64,000 nt of DNA, taken from positions 1-64,000 of the forward strand of contig KZ538637.1 in the NCBI GenBank assembly GCA_000934665.2. The letters run 5' to 3'. Within the stretch, counting starts at the first letter, position 1. Each line of letters opens with the position of its first letter. The notes under the pieces are model-generated. The model had not been told where the DNA came from, did not search any database, and saw only the letters and a list, made by a program, of their open reading frames with translations. The DNA comes from Catajapyx aquilonaris (Eukaryota). Both the position numbers and the translations under genes were made by a program. This document shows positions 51,001-63,779 of this stretch, piece after piece.

Positions 51001-54000
51001 ATTGCCTTTTGCCCCCTCCCTCCCAATCCTTCCCCCTTCCTGGTCCCCCTCCCCCCACCTCTCCCCTGCTCCAAAACACATGCACCACCAGGGCTTGAAA
51101 CCAAAATGATCAGGATGACGCACAGTGGCAGTGTGATGAATTAGAATAAGCGTGCGTTTCAGCCCACCTGCGACTCGTAATGTGGACAAAATTTACATTG
51201 TAGTGCGTAACTCACTATTGTACTTATATATTAATGCTTGTAATAACTGCTGATTTGGAACATTTTCATTTTCAATATAACGGCGATTATTTTCTTAATG
51301 TGCGTGATCCATAGATTTGCCATAACCTGGTCCTAATGTTCCAGGATGACGCCACCTCATCAAGCCAGACGGAACGTGCCGAGTTAGGAAAAATAGAGAG
51401 GAAGGAGTGGCACTAGTGGAGTCATCTAAGCGACATTAGAGGAGACGAAAATGTTGCATTTTTCATGTCAAGTGGTGACCCGGGGGTAATTATGAGGGTA
51501 ATCCCCGCAACTAATGCAGGTGAGCTAGGAGCCTCTTGACATTACACTTGTAACTTGGCGACCCGGAATAACAGGGCCAGGCTTCCTTGGCTTCTCCTTG
51601 GAGGCCAAGGCAAGTTTAAGGCATAAGGGAAGCAGCAAGAGAGTAGGAGGGAGAGGGGATGGGATGGGAGGAGGGGAAAATTCCTCAGGCCCGCTCTCAA
51701 GACTAAAGAGAATTTGATTACCCCCTCCCAAACTCCGGATCTGATAGGCTTCTTAGCGCAAGAGAGGCCGATCGGAAACCAGATGGCTGTCAGCAAGGCC
51801 GTGATGAATTGGGAGGGCCCCCTGAAGGACTGGGTCAAGGCCCCAGGGGCTGCCCCTACTGCTGCCCCTAGGGCCAGCCAAGCCACCTAACTAATAGACG
51901 CTCTGTCTTCAAGGCAGGATTAATGCGGTTACCAAGTTCGGCGTCCCCAAGACCTAGCATATAATTACACGGGAGGTTGGAAAAAAAGCGATTTTCTTGC
52001 ACAAGAATAGCGTGGAAAAAAGCAGCAATCAATCGTGTGGGTTGAGGCAGCGTATCGGCCCTCACGCCTAAATGCACTTTTGGTTGCGCCAATATATATA
52101 TTTCTCTTGAATAGCAGCCGTCGTTGCCAAGTTGAAACCGGGACTAATTTTTCAACCAGTAATTCTCTCCCCAAATTATGACACTTCCTCCTCACCCCTC
52201 CTCCTTGCCCATTGCTTGTAAATCTCCTATGGAGCCGAATTTCTCCAAAATCCCGGAAGCAGCCCAGTAGCGTCGGCTTGCTTTGAGGCACCGGCGCCTT
52301 AAGAACAGACAGCGGGCATTCACAGGCTGAAAGATTTCCCTTGATAGATGGCCCTGGGATAGGTTCTCATAAATCAAGTTGCCCCCTTTCGGCGAACATG
52401 GCGGCGGAGGTTGGCGGTTTTGAAGGGGGGGGGGGGAAATGGGTGGGTGGGGGTGGGTGCCGCTCTTGGACCTAACATCGCGTGGAGATCTGCTCACCTC
52501 GCATAAATTTATTGATGGCTTGGTCTATTGGTTCGAGTGCATTGCGGGATCCTCGGGACTCTCATGCCCACAAACCGTATCACTTTAAGGAGTTCGCTTG
52601 GGGAGCTGAGTGGCATCAAAGAAGGAGACCCAGGATCTTGTAGAGTGCAGGCTACGAGGAATAAGGATTAAGGGAGGGGATTAGGTCGCACTGAGCGTCA
52701 AGATGTGGGAGATTAACCCGTACCGTTCTTGGACTCAAATGGGAATTAATCTGGTGCAAATTTTAGACCCCTCTTATTTTCTAGAAAGGCGACTACTACA
52801 TGCGGAGGAATTGGAGATGGTTTCATTTCTGGTGATGGCTTACTTTTATAGAGGTGGGCTTGATGGAAATAGTTTGTTGGGAAGGAGAAATCGATCACTG
52901 CTCAAACATGGCGGAGTCTAATGGCTGCCACCATAGGAACTGCTTTGACATATCGTATGCTATATGGTTGCTGATTGGGTTGATTATATTATGTAGAGAA
53001 CTTAATCCAATTTTAACCTGTAATACTGTACCATTGGAATAAAGGCTGTTTGTAAAAAAAAATGCTGACTTGTCAACAAGTGTACAGCTCTGTTACCATG
53101 CCATATTGCACTCTCCTCTATACTGTCAAACACTTTTGGTGTAACATCTTAACTGAACAATTTTTGTGCTCGAACCCCTTTGTGAAGTGATGAGGAAAAA
53201 TAATAATAACAACAAGAGTGAGGTCAGGCAAGTGGAAGATATGGTGATTCCCCCGATACAAATTCTCTAAGGTCGAACCCTGCGGTCGTAAAATACGGCC
53301 TTCTAGCGTGTCATCCCCGACCTTTCTCCCCTCGCAGGTCCCAGCCGATAAATTTGCAAAAAAATTGTGATTTAGTAGCTGTTGGGTAGCTTTTACTCAC
53401 ATACAAAGTCAAGGGGTGTGCTCCCAGGGTTTTCCTTCGAAATGCCAAAAACTTGAGCGACATCCAACGAGTGTAACGTCCACGACTAAAATGATGCGAC
53501 CCAAAAGGGTGAGAATGGTGGCTTACGATACAAAAAAAAAATGGTGGGGAAGGATAGCAAGACAACTTTTTTTTTCACCCTTGTCATCAGACGCTGAGGG
53601 GTGGGATGAACAGGGTGGAAAAAAAGGAGTTTGATTTTTTAAATGCGGCCTCCTCCCATGCAGTCTCTCTGGCCGTTCACATACCCCTTTTTTGGAGCCC
53701 ATCTTTCACCCCAACTGGTAGGTCGGAAAAAGGGTGAGAAAGGGTTGAAGTTCTAGTCATGCGTGAGTTTTCAATGGTGGCAGGATTTGAAAAGAACCCA
53801 GGGGTGTCCTGGCTAGCATGGTGAGGCTACCCTGTGAGAAGAGTGGAATATAGCTGAATATAGGGCAGCGAGTGAGGAAAAAGGCAAAAAGTTGACTGAC
53901 TTTTTTGGGGAAAAAAAGAAAGGTGCGTTTTTAGCTGTTTCAGGTCGTTATATTTTATATTATGGTATAATACTGATAGCATAAATCCCTCAACGTGTAC

Positions 54001-55039
54001 AGTAAATGAGGCTTATTATGGTGACCCTGGACCCGACCTTTCATCACCTCCCGCTGGTAAGGAACAGGCCCTTTAATCCCCATAATTGGGTGCACCTTCG
54101 GTAGCGGTGTATGTGCATCATGTGTGTACTGCATTGTCTGAATGCATTGGGCATGATTTGATAATGAGCTTGACAGACACGGATTGATTTTAATATTAGA
54201 GCTATATTCTCATGTAAGGAATAGTTTTGATATACATTACTGTATTAAATCTTATGAATAAGTAATTTTGACCCACGGTGACCAGCTTTACATTACAAAA
54301 AAGTGACCTTTACTGATCGTGTCATTCGGACAAACACAGCATACCGTGTGTTTGTTGAAGGCGCCTGTCTAATTCCTGCTGCGTGAGGCCCTTCACTCAC
54401 AATCGCTCCGTCGATCCTGATCAATCAATCGGTCTCTGCGGGCAGCCTCAAGATACCACCGTTCCAATTAAACCCATCCTGAAAGCTCATTCTTCAAACA
54501 AAGCGTCCATTGTGCGAAAGGACCTTTCTTCGTCTGCAGGCACGTCATTTTTGCTCCATCGATGAGGTCGAGTAAAATCATGTTCTTGAAGGCCTCCTAG
54601 GGGCAGGAGGTGGCTCCAGTGTTTGGAGTGCCCGTTTTATTAAGAGTGGTGATCAGATTTGGCATCGCTCTTTGTGGACAAAGGGTCCCTGCTCCTGGTG
54701 TATAGACAACTGATGGTTTCATGCTGCTATGCCTAAGCCTTGTGTTACCAGATACAGTATGCTACCCACTGTGAGAATTTGCCAACTATTATTTCCAGAA
54801 CACTAGTAATATGAAAATGCATTTTAATGTACATTTGAAGATTACTTATTTTAGCAAAGATAATGTTGCAAAGATTCAAATGAAGCTTGCATATAAAAAT
54901 ATATACATGAAAAGAAGAGGATATTTAAATGATATTAATTATTATATGTACTAAGGTTATAAGTAACTGTCGATAATATCTTCATGTAGAAAGATGCGCA
55001 CAAATGTAAGCCCCATTCTGAATTAGTGTGTGGGCTATA

Positions 55040-55337
55040 GGGTGGATCTGATATTGAAGTCATTGATGACAAATTGTACAGCTAAGCTTATCAGATGATT
55101 TTCTCCATGATTATGCCAATATCGCCCAAATCAATTTCAAACGTTTTGGTTTGGAATATCGCATAAAGCCCAAGTCTGATAAAAAGTGATCAAAATTTGC
55201 AACACCCAATTAGGTTGAAGCTGCATAATGCTATTTAGTTAGCTGATAAATAGGCAGGATGTCTTAATGACACCCTACATTAGCCTACACAGATTTCGAG
55301 ATATTAGTGTATTTTGAACTTTGCTTTCCCCACTGTG
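55040..55337. mobile_element. Possible Transib/Chapaev-like non-autonomous element end
   Basis: Ends ...TTTGAACTTTGCTTTCCCCACTGTG, giving the CACAGTG heptamer on the minus strand. No partner end or TSD was found, and the left boundary is a guess. Confidence 0.25.
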
Positions 55338-57769
55338 CTGAATCTATACAGTATATAAATGTCCCTTATATTCGCTTGTTATATGATACAGGACATACAG
55401 TACGTTTGTGTCGCCCCATATAGCTAGACTACAACCGTACTGCACTGTATCAGCTATGCTGAGACACAAAAGTCGTTCAGGCCAGGCATGAACTGTTTGG
55501 TGACAGTGTAAGGTCCATTTTAGGCACTAGATCATAACTGGAGTCAAAATGGAGTCTCCAGTCACGTGCTTTAAAATACAATATGGCGTGCAGAGGCCCA
55601 TTTTACTGCTCTGTTCCCGATAGGTTCATGGCAATAAAAACAGAGCAAGAATCTCCACGACTCTCGTCGTTCTTTTTTTTCCTGTGGAATACACGTGACG
55701 TTTTAAGGGAGGTTTTTGGGGGGAGCCTGTAAAAGGAGAAATGGCGGGCGTAACGGCCGAAAGCAAGTTTGTGCGTAATGGCAGCACGGCTCGGACCACA
55801 TGTTAGGCCTATTCGGGTTCCCCTCCCTGCTGTAATAAAGGCAAAGGAGCTCGTTTCCTAGAGGGCTCCACCTGCCCGAGATGGCGACGATTTGAACCAC
55901 GCCACGGGAGGGGACACTCGGAATGGGACAAAAAGGGGCCATGCGGAAAAAGGAAAAAGAGGAAAGAAAAAGCAGCGCGAGATTTTTGACAGGGGAAGAG
56001 AAAATTTTGCAAGGATTTGTTTTGCGGGTTCAGGTTTGTGTATATATACCTGGGAAAGTGCGGCAAAGTGATTCACCAATCATATTAGGAGTAGGGCCGA
56101 ACAAGTAATTACGACAGCGCCTAAAGGACGTTGAAGTGCTGTAAAATGAGAATCGAGAGTGGCTGGGATGTGCGTTATTATCAATAAACAGGGTGATAGC
56201 GGGGAGACCTAAATTACTCCATCCATGCCGATCTCTTCCCAAAATTATAGCCGAGATTCCTACCGGAGTTTTTGAGCATATAGTGTGGATGTTGACACTA
56301 GCATCAGGTGATTCAGATCAATTCTGGAGTAACGGAATTGGACCATTCCATGATTGGCCACGTTTGGAGGAAATGAGTGCAAAGTTAATGTAAAATTAAG
56401 TTCTATCATTAAAACATGGTGTCTGGAGGCGTGATTGGTTACAATATATCCTGGACATACAGCAGGAAAAATCCAGTATATCAAAAACCACAGTTTCGAG
56501 ATAAGCTAAACAAATATTTGACCTTGCACTTGTTTACATGGTAGAAATAGAGAAAATCCTGGCTTCCTGGCTTCTTGTAAATCTTTAAGACTAAATGAAC
56601 TTGGACAGGTGATAGAACATAAAAGTGTGCTACTTAGTGGTATAAATAACTCAAACCCGCCAAAAATTGGACTTCGGTCATTTCTCTTGTATGCCCACAA
56701 TATCACGAATAAATCGTATTGAAATGTTTGGAATGAACAAATTATAAAATTACGTTATCTATCTGTTAGGCAAAGATTTCTAGAATCAATCAACATCCTT
56801 TGCTTTCATAACAAGAATCAGTGGCAACCTGTTTCCACTAAAAGGCATTGAGAGTTTTCGCAATGGGAATATGAATACCTCCGTTTATAATCTTCACCTT
56901 TCTGACAGTGTTTAAAGAGAAAAGTAGCGTACCATTTTTAACTTTGAAAGAGACAGTAATAGAAGTTTCCGGAAATGAACCATTTTGGAGCGGAGGAGAG
57001 AAAAATGAGCCGGCAAGAGAAGAGGAAAGAAGTAAAGTGGGCGGCGAGAGCGGAACCAGAAAATTAATTTTAGGAAATTGTTGTTCAATACCTTTGACTA
57101 GCTGTCTCCTCCCTTTTATTGCTGGTAATTCCTTCTCTTTAACATTATTGGAATTTTTTTTCTTTAATGACGAGGAGTGATGGTGCTGTCTGGAATTAAA
57201 GCAGCACTTTTCAGGTACCGTTTGTTTTTAACCACAGCTACATAAAATTAACTATCTCGAGCAATTTAGTAGTGTTTAAAAAGTTAAAATGCTTATGAGA
57301 TTACGCGCTGTTGCTGGATAGCTTCTGGCAAAATATTTGGAGAAACTATTCTGGCCATCAGCAGAAAATTGACCAAGAAATAACCAGAGAAAACCTTGGC
57401 CAGCATAGCCGGCATCGAGACGCGAACATCTGGAAGTGACTTAACTAACTTCCACACAAGTTGCCCTTTGAGGAGGTGAGACTCCAACCTACAGCAGCTT
57501 CATTGGCAAAGCTAGCAAATGAGTTTGCCCAATTACGAGGGAGTAATGAGATGCTTTTACATAATTTTTAGGGGGTTTATTATTTTCAAGTGCTCGGATA
57601 TAGATTATGATATCTATGTGGCGGTCTGGTATTACATGATACCGCTTTGAGAAAAAATGGTGGTAGTATACATACGGCCGGTATACCGCGTTTGTGTAAG
57701 CATCTCTATCATATATGAAAGGTAGTGGGGAATGGGCGTGGGGATATTTTATTTACTTATACGAATGTT

Positions 57770-58005
57770 TGTGGGGGGGAAACATGATAACTGACAAAAG
57801 AGTAATTTTTCAGGAGAGCGAATTGAAGTTTGAATGTGCTTAACAAATCATAGGGAGTGCTGGTTTTGATATAGTCCGTGTGGCCGTCTCATGCATGATA
57901 CATGAACTTGGAGTATACCAAACTGTTTGTCATGTCTTATACATAGTTGCTAGGTGTTTAGGTAAAAAATGACAAAAATGTCAGTTATCATGTTTTTCCC
58001 CCACA
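57770..58005. mobile_element. MITE with about 27-bp terminal inverted repeats
   Basis: TGTGGGGGGGAAACATGATAACTGACA (57770-57796) pairs with TGTCAGTTATCATGTTTTTCCCCCACA (57979-58005), 2 mismatches. TSD unclear. Confidence 0.8.
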
Positions 58006-61000
58006 GCCGTCATTTAATCTCTAGAAATTCACAATAAAATACGAATTTCCGAAATGTCCTGATTTTAAATACTATACCACACGCATTTGATAATCACCTT
58101 GAGGTTCTTAGAACGAAGAGCCGATCCCTATTATTTAAATAGTCAATGCTTGCTGTAAATAAATCTTATTTGAAGCCCACCTCCTCTATACTCTGCATAT
58201 TTCAAAGGACTCCAAAATATAAAAAGGAATTAATTGGCTAGAGACGAATATATGGAGTGACGGGCTTAGGTATAGAGGCATATACGTAGAGTGGGAGCAG
58301 GGAAGGAAAAGAAGGAGTAAAATCCCTTAGATTTGGCTCCCCTCCCCTCCCTCCCTTATCCTTCTCCTCTTCCTCCTTTTTCCTTCTTTCCTTCCTTCCC
58401 GATCCTCTTATTACGAGTTTGCAGGTGCAAAGGAGTGCACTTCATTATCCGGGAGGCGGAATGGGTGATAAAGGTGGCCGCGGCTTCCATGATGGGTCGG
58501 GCCGTAAAGCAACCCCGAAGAGGAGAGCAATTTTTCTCCGTCTCCCAGAGGACTCCGACAGGGCACGTAAGGCTCTTGTTATGGCGCTCCCGAATACCAG
58601 CGCACCTCGGCAGTGCAAAAGAGAGCCCGGGCCCCCTATTCTTCCTCGGGCCCAGTTTTTATGGGCAAAAGGAGGCCTGAGATTACGGCGCGGGGGCTAC
58701 GGAGAGGGCTTTTCTTGCCTGCTTGCAGCCTCTGAATAAGATTCCCCGATACTTCATCTCGCACGCCAATAATATGGGGCTGCAAATACCCCCGCCTCTC
58801 TCCTTCTCTCCCTACCTCCCCACCAGCTCCCACCTATACGCCGACTCTTCTATGGAACTCGGGCTCTCCACACATGCATTTGATTGAGTCGAAGGTGACT
58901 CAGGTTCCGGTGGCAAGTGCATGATAAAAAAGGGAGGATGGCAGAAGGAAGCTGTTCCACCATGATTTATAGGATGGATCCAGGATGAGAGAGAAGAGAG
59001 AGAGAAAAAAAATATCCAGGAAGTACTTTCTTCGGGCATAGTCCACCGGGTGGGAAGGTGGGAGGACAAGAAATCCCGAAGAAAAATGGTGTATCATTTT
59101 CTTAGGGGGGGGGGGGGTGGATAGGAGAAAAANAAAAAGAGAAAGAGTGCATGAAAATATGCATCCATATTAATTCTATCCCAATACTGCCAAATCTTTG
59201 GTGGCGTTTGATTATATTGCGGTTAACCGACGGCTTTACAAATTGAATGTCAACTACAGTTGACAAATTTTCATATCGATCGATTGCAGTAGACAACCCT
59301 TGGCTAACGGTATATGATAAATGGAAACGTCACGGTTTCTCACAGAAATATTGTTTATGGAAGATCTTCCTGTGAGGAATGACTCATGCCGTCATTTTCC
59401 ATTGCTTGCCTCACAGCCCAGCAGGCCATTAATATTGACGGTTGAGGTGACACCAAAAAGAATCCGTAATCCAGACCTCTTTTTAATGGATCTGTTGCGG
59501 AGTGACTGATGTAAACAAATGTTACGCAATACTTTTTCCTCCCCCAGCCCCCAGTGATATCTCACCAGAAAGGAGCAAGACTGCCTAAAAAATCGAAGAG
59601 TGCACGAGTATTTTTTTTTCTCTGAAGGGTATGGGGGAAAGTCCAGAGGCCTACTACTTGAGGAGGGATTTGAGTTCTGCCTTGAATTGGGCCTGGTGTG
59701 GAAGAGGAGGGGAATAGAAGGATTTTGGGGGCTCCCCAAACTCCTCTCTTTTCCTGCATCTTCTCCAGGCGCCTTGAGCTTTCGGGGACTGGACAATCGG
59801 GCTGGCCTATCCCTCCTTGATCCCCAGCATTGCCAATAGACGCCACCTCCCCCCACCTTCCTTAATACTCAGGGAAAAGCCTTTGCCCCACCACCACAAC
59901 CGCCTCCTGCCCTTTTCCCTCTTTGCCAGCTCTCCCAACCTATCTCTTCCGCACTTCCCTTTTCCTATAAATTTAAAATTGAACTCCAGATCCCAGTCGG
60001 ACTTTAATGTGCTGGGGCCACTTGATCCTCCCAGCCCCCAGATGAGATGTGTTATCATTCCTCGTAAAGCTGCTGATATTGGCCACCGCCGAGGATGGCC
60101 ATTATAAACGGAATGACACTCAGACCTATACGTTACGGGGCTACACTTCGCGCGACTGAATAAGCAATGGGAATAAGGACACCCACCCACCCCTCCTTCC
60201 CCTACTACGACCATCTCTACCCGCCTGCAATGTCTCCCTTTTTTTCCCTGATTCCCCACCCCGAAGGATGAACAATGAGGCGTTTTGAAATTTTTATGTC
60301 GCTATCGGGACAGTCGTAGCAAATATTGTTGATCGTCGATGGGGTGAATGGGTGCAACTCATCTTGTATTATGCGCATTCGGATATGTGCAAAGTACAGC
60401 CTGTGTAAAAAGTGGATGCATTTTATGGCCATATGGCTCAACCCTTTTTTTGATGGGACAGCACAAAGCGAATACAGGCAATATCCTGTTGTCATTTTTT
60501 TGCAAAATAATGTGCTTCTTATTGGATTAGCAGCAGGGTAGCCTACCTGTAATGTATCATCCTTGGTCGCGCATGCCTTATGCTGATGGTTGACGAGAAG
60601 GTTCCTGGAGTCCGCGTCACTTTCAGCTCAAGGTTTTTACCTGGAAAATGTACATTTTTTCCCACCTGCATGATTCGCGATTGCGCAATTAGAGAAATAT
60701 ATTAATGCTAGCTCGAGTGCAATATTGTAGGCGTCATAAATCCTGAATGTTACATAGGCAAAATTTTGTTAGTTCCAATACTTGGAATAGTCACATTGTC
60801 CTCAATTTTAATAATATGATTCACTATCAGAAAGGGTGAGTAATTTTATACTAATCCTTTCTGAGAGTGTACCTGGTGAAACTGTCAGCTCCGAATATTC
60901 TCGTGGATGTCAACTTACATTCTCATCTATCCTGGTACCGTATCTCTAGAAAGATCATTCAGAATAATGTTATATTTTTTTTCCAACGATATACGGACTA

Positions 61001-63582
61001 GGAGTGACTACTCCATCAATTCTTCCCCGGTTCCCATCATCCGGATCGTCAACATGGGCAGAGGGACACACTGCATAATTCATAAGCTACCTGGCATAGT
61101 GGAATCCCTGACCGTGTTGCAAAGTAAATCATTCATACTCACAACCATGTTGATCTGAATATGACTAGGTAGCATTCATTGTCCACAAAACATCCTGGCA
61201 TACGGAATTCTATAAAAGACGTTTCAGTTGTGCAACTGCCTCCTCCTCTTTTTACGTGGCACTTACCGAGTCGCAGGAGTGATTGACGGTATCCTAACTC
61301 ATCCGAGAAAATACGAAAGAAGTAAAGGGCTCCCATTCGCAGCAGTAGCGAATAACTCATCTCTCACCAAATGGTTGGCTCATACCCTTCTTATTGGTCC
61401 CCCATATTTACTTTTTGACAACTGTGTACATCCTTGTTGGAACCCAAAGCGGAAAAGTGGACGATTTGTAGGAAAGTTTCATCCCCTTCCTGAAATCCCG
61501 GGGACCCCCTGGATTGACAATGGCAGTGGGGAAGAATTGTCGCCCACCACTCCCTAAAAAATCTCCCTCCCCCATTTCCACCCGCTTTGAACAATCATCT
61601 GGAAATATGGAACACACTGATTAAATGAGGGAGAGAAATTTTTAGAAGGCGGCTGAGGGACATGTGACTCGTCATGCTTTCCCCATCCGCCCCCTCGCCA
61701 TTCCCTCTACGTCCCCTACTCTAGTCGAGACAGTTTCCATTTTGGTAGCAGTCAGTCCCCCGCATTTGAACCGGAGCTTCCTGGGGATACAGGAAATTGG
61801 TCTAGCTGGTGGCTTGGACTGGAAACTAACTGCAGGAAGCAAAAAAAAATCTGGTTGGCCCATGGTTAGATGGTGTAAAAAAATGCAAATAATGTCCCAT
61901 ACAGTGAGACCCTCGCTAAGAGTTACTAAGAAAATGTATGTTCGAATCATGAAGTCAACAAGTTTGGTCTGCCTCCTCACATTCCATTTTGATAATGAGT
62001 TACATCGTTGAAGAGCCATTAATTAGCTTTCCAATATTGTATATGATTCCACTTCAAACTTAGTGGGTTCACAGGTATCCGCGATATGGACTTGAACTCA
62101 ATTATGAAACACACTCTATTAACTATGATAAATCAGGGCACATAATGATATGGCCTGCGCAGATTCTTTAGTGGATAATATATGTAATTACAGTCACATT
62201 TGACATATATCATTTAGCATACCCGGATATGCAGTCAGGCATTTGGCATCTCACTGCCTATTTGACTCCTGCCATTGCTTATCACTCCAGGAAGTTTTGA
62301 CCTGTGCTTGAAATGCCTGATTGGAAAGGCAGTCGGGATGTGATCATGTGAAGTGACGCGTTGTGAACTTTCTCGCTGAAGTGAGTTTCAGAATGAGTTA
62401 CCGTGTAGTAGCCCTAAACTAGCCGAGGACGAGAATAATGGTGCCATGTTGGACTATACCGTATAGTGGCCAGTGCCTGGTTACAGGAATAATGGCCCAT
62501 AATACCCCGTTTTGGACTCGATGTGGATACACTGCTCTTTTATGAGGCAACACCGGAGTGGCAGAAGGTAAACTGAGCTACACTGGCGAGGAAAGGGGGC
62601 ATATTTTGCCATGGCTGTTAAAAACTGCCGCTTTATTGGGGTTCATCATACTGACAGACAAAAAAAATACAGTTGTATAATATCATGTTTGACTAATTTG
62701 ATGCTGTCTGTTAGAGAGTCACTCTGAAAATTCCCATTTATGTGGAAAGCTGAGGTGAAGTGATGCCAAATTGGTTCACTATAATACTAACGAATGTGTA
62801 GCATGATAAAACTCAACGCCCCATATCTTCCCCCTTGCCACTCATATTAAACGTGTAATATTATTGATGGTAATAACTTTTGTCAAATGACTGTCACATG
62901 CCAGCGTGAATAATGTACTGTTGGCAATATACCATACGTTTCATAATATATTATATAATATATTTAGCTCACATTTGTATCTGTGTCGACCATGTGAACC
63001 CATCGAGTTTGGCGTTAAATCATGACGTTGGAATTCACTTGTAGGTGAGGTGACAGGTACGAGTGGAAATGAGCGACATCGAGATTTTTGCTAATACGAA
63101 TGTGAGCTACGTTATGAAATACGGTAGGTTTGCATAGCTTTCAAGTAAAACCACTCCCCCTTAATTCGATAGTAATACCGGGGGGTGCAGGCAACTAAGG
63201 TCATGATAGCAATTTAGAAAATCAGTGATTTAAGAAACGATGCTTCCTGTAAGCAAGACATTTTCTGAAGACCTTACAAAGGTCTTGAAAAAATGCCTTG
63301 CTAGTCTAATCTAGTTTGCCATACATCAACATTATTGTATAATATGTATCAGCCTATTATAATTGTGCCAATAATGTAGATCAGAATGTTCTGTGCTACT
63401 TTATTTAAGTGCAAATTAAAACATTTAATGACGCGATAAGTAACGGCGATTAGAGATGTCCATTTGCGCTACTAGTCGCTTCACTTGTCTCTCATGATGT
63501 CTTTTTTCACCTATATGATAAACTACATTATTTAAAATCATACTTAACAGGCGGTAAGTTTACTGATCTGAGTACTTCTATA

Positions 63583-63779
63583 CAGGGTGGTCCACCTAAC
63601 TTGATACAGGCGCTCAGGTCTGCACTGTTGCCAATCATGTCAAGTACGTCAGATGGAAGTTGTATAGGATGTCAAGTGGGACGTAAGATGCATGCAATGA
63701 CTTAAGTATCATTAATCAGTATCATTAATTAATGAAGTGCAGACCTGAGCGCCTGTATAACGTTATGTGGACCACCCTG
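63583..63779. mobile_element. Tc1/mariner-type MITE with 44-bp TIRs and TA target duplication
   Basis: TA-CAGGGTGGTCCACCTAACTTGATACAGGCGCTCAGGTCTGCACT ... AGTGCAGACCTGAGCGCCTGTATAACGTTATGTGGACCACCCTG-TA, with 3 mismatches between the TIRs. Confidence 0.93.
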
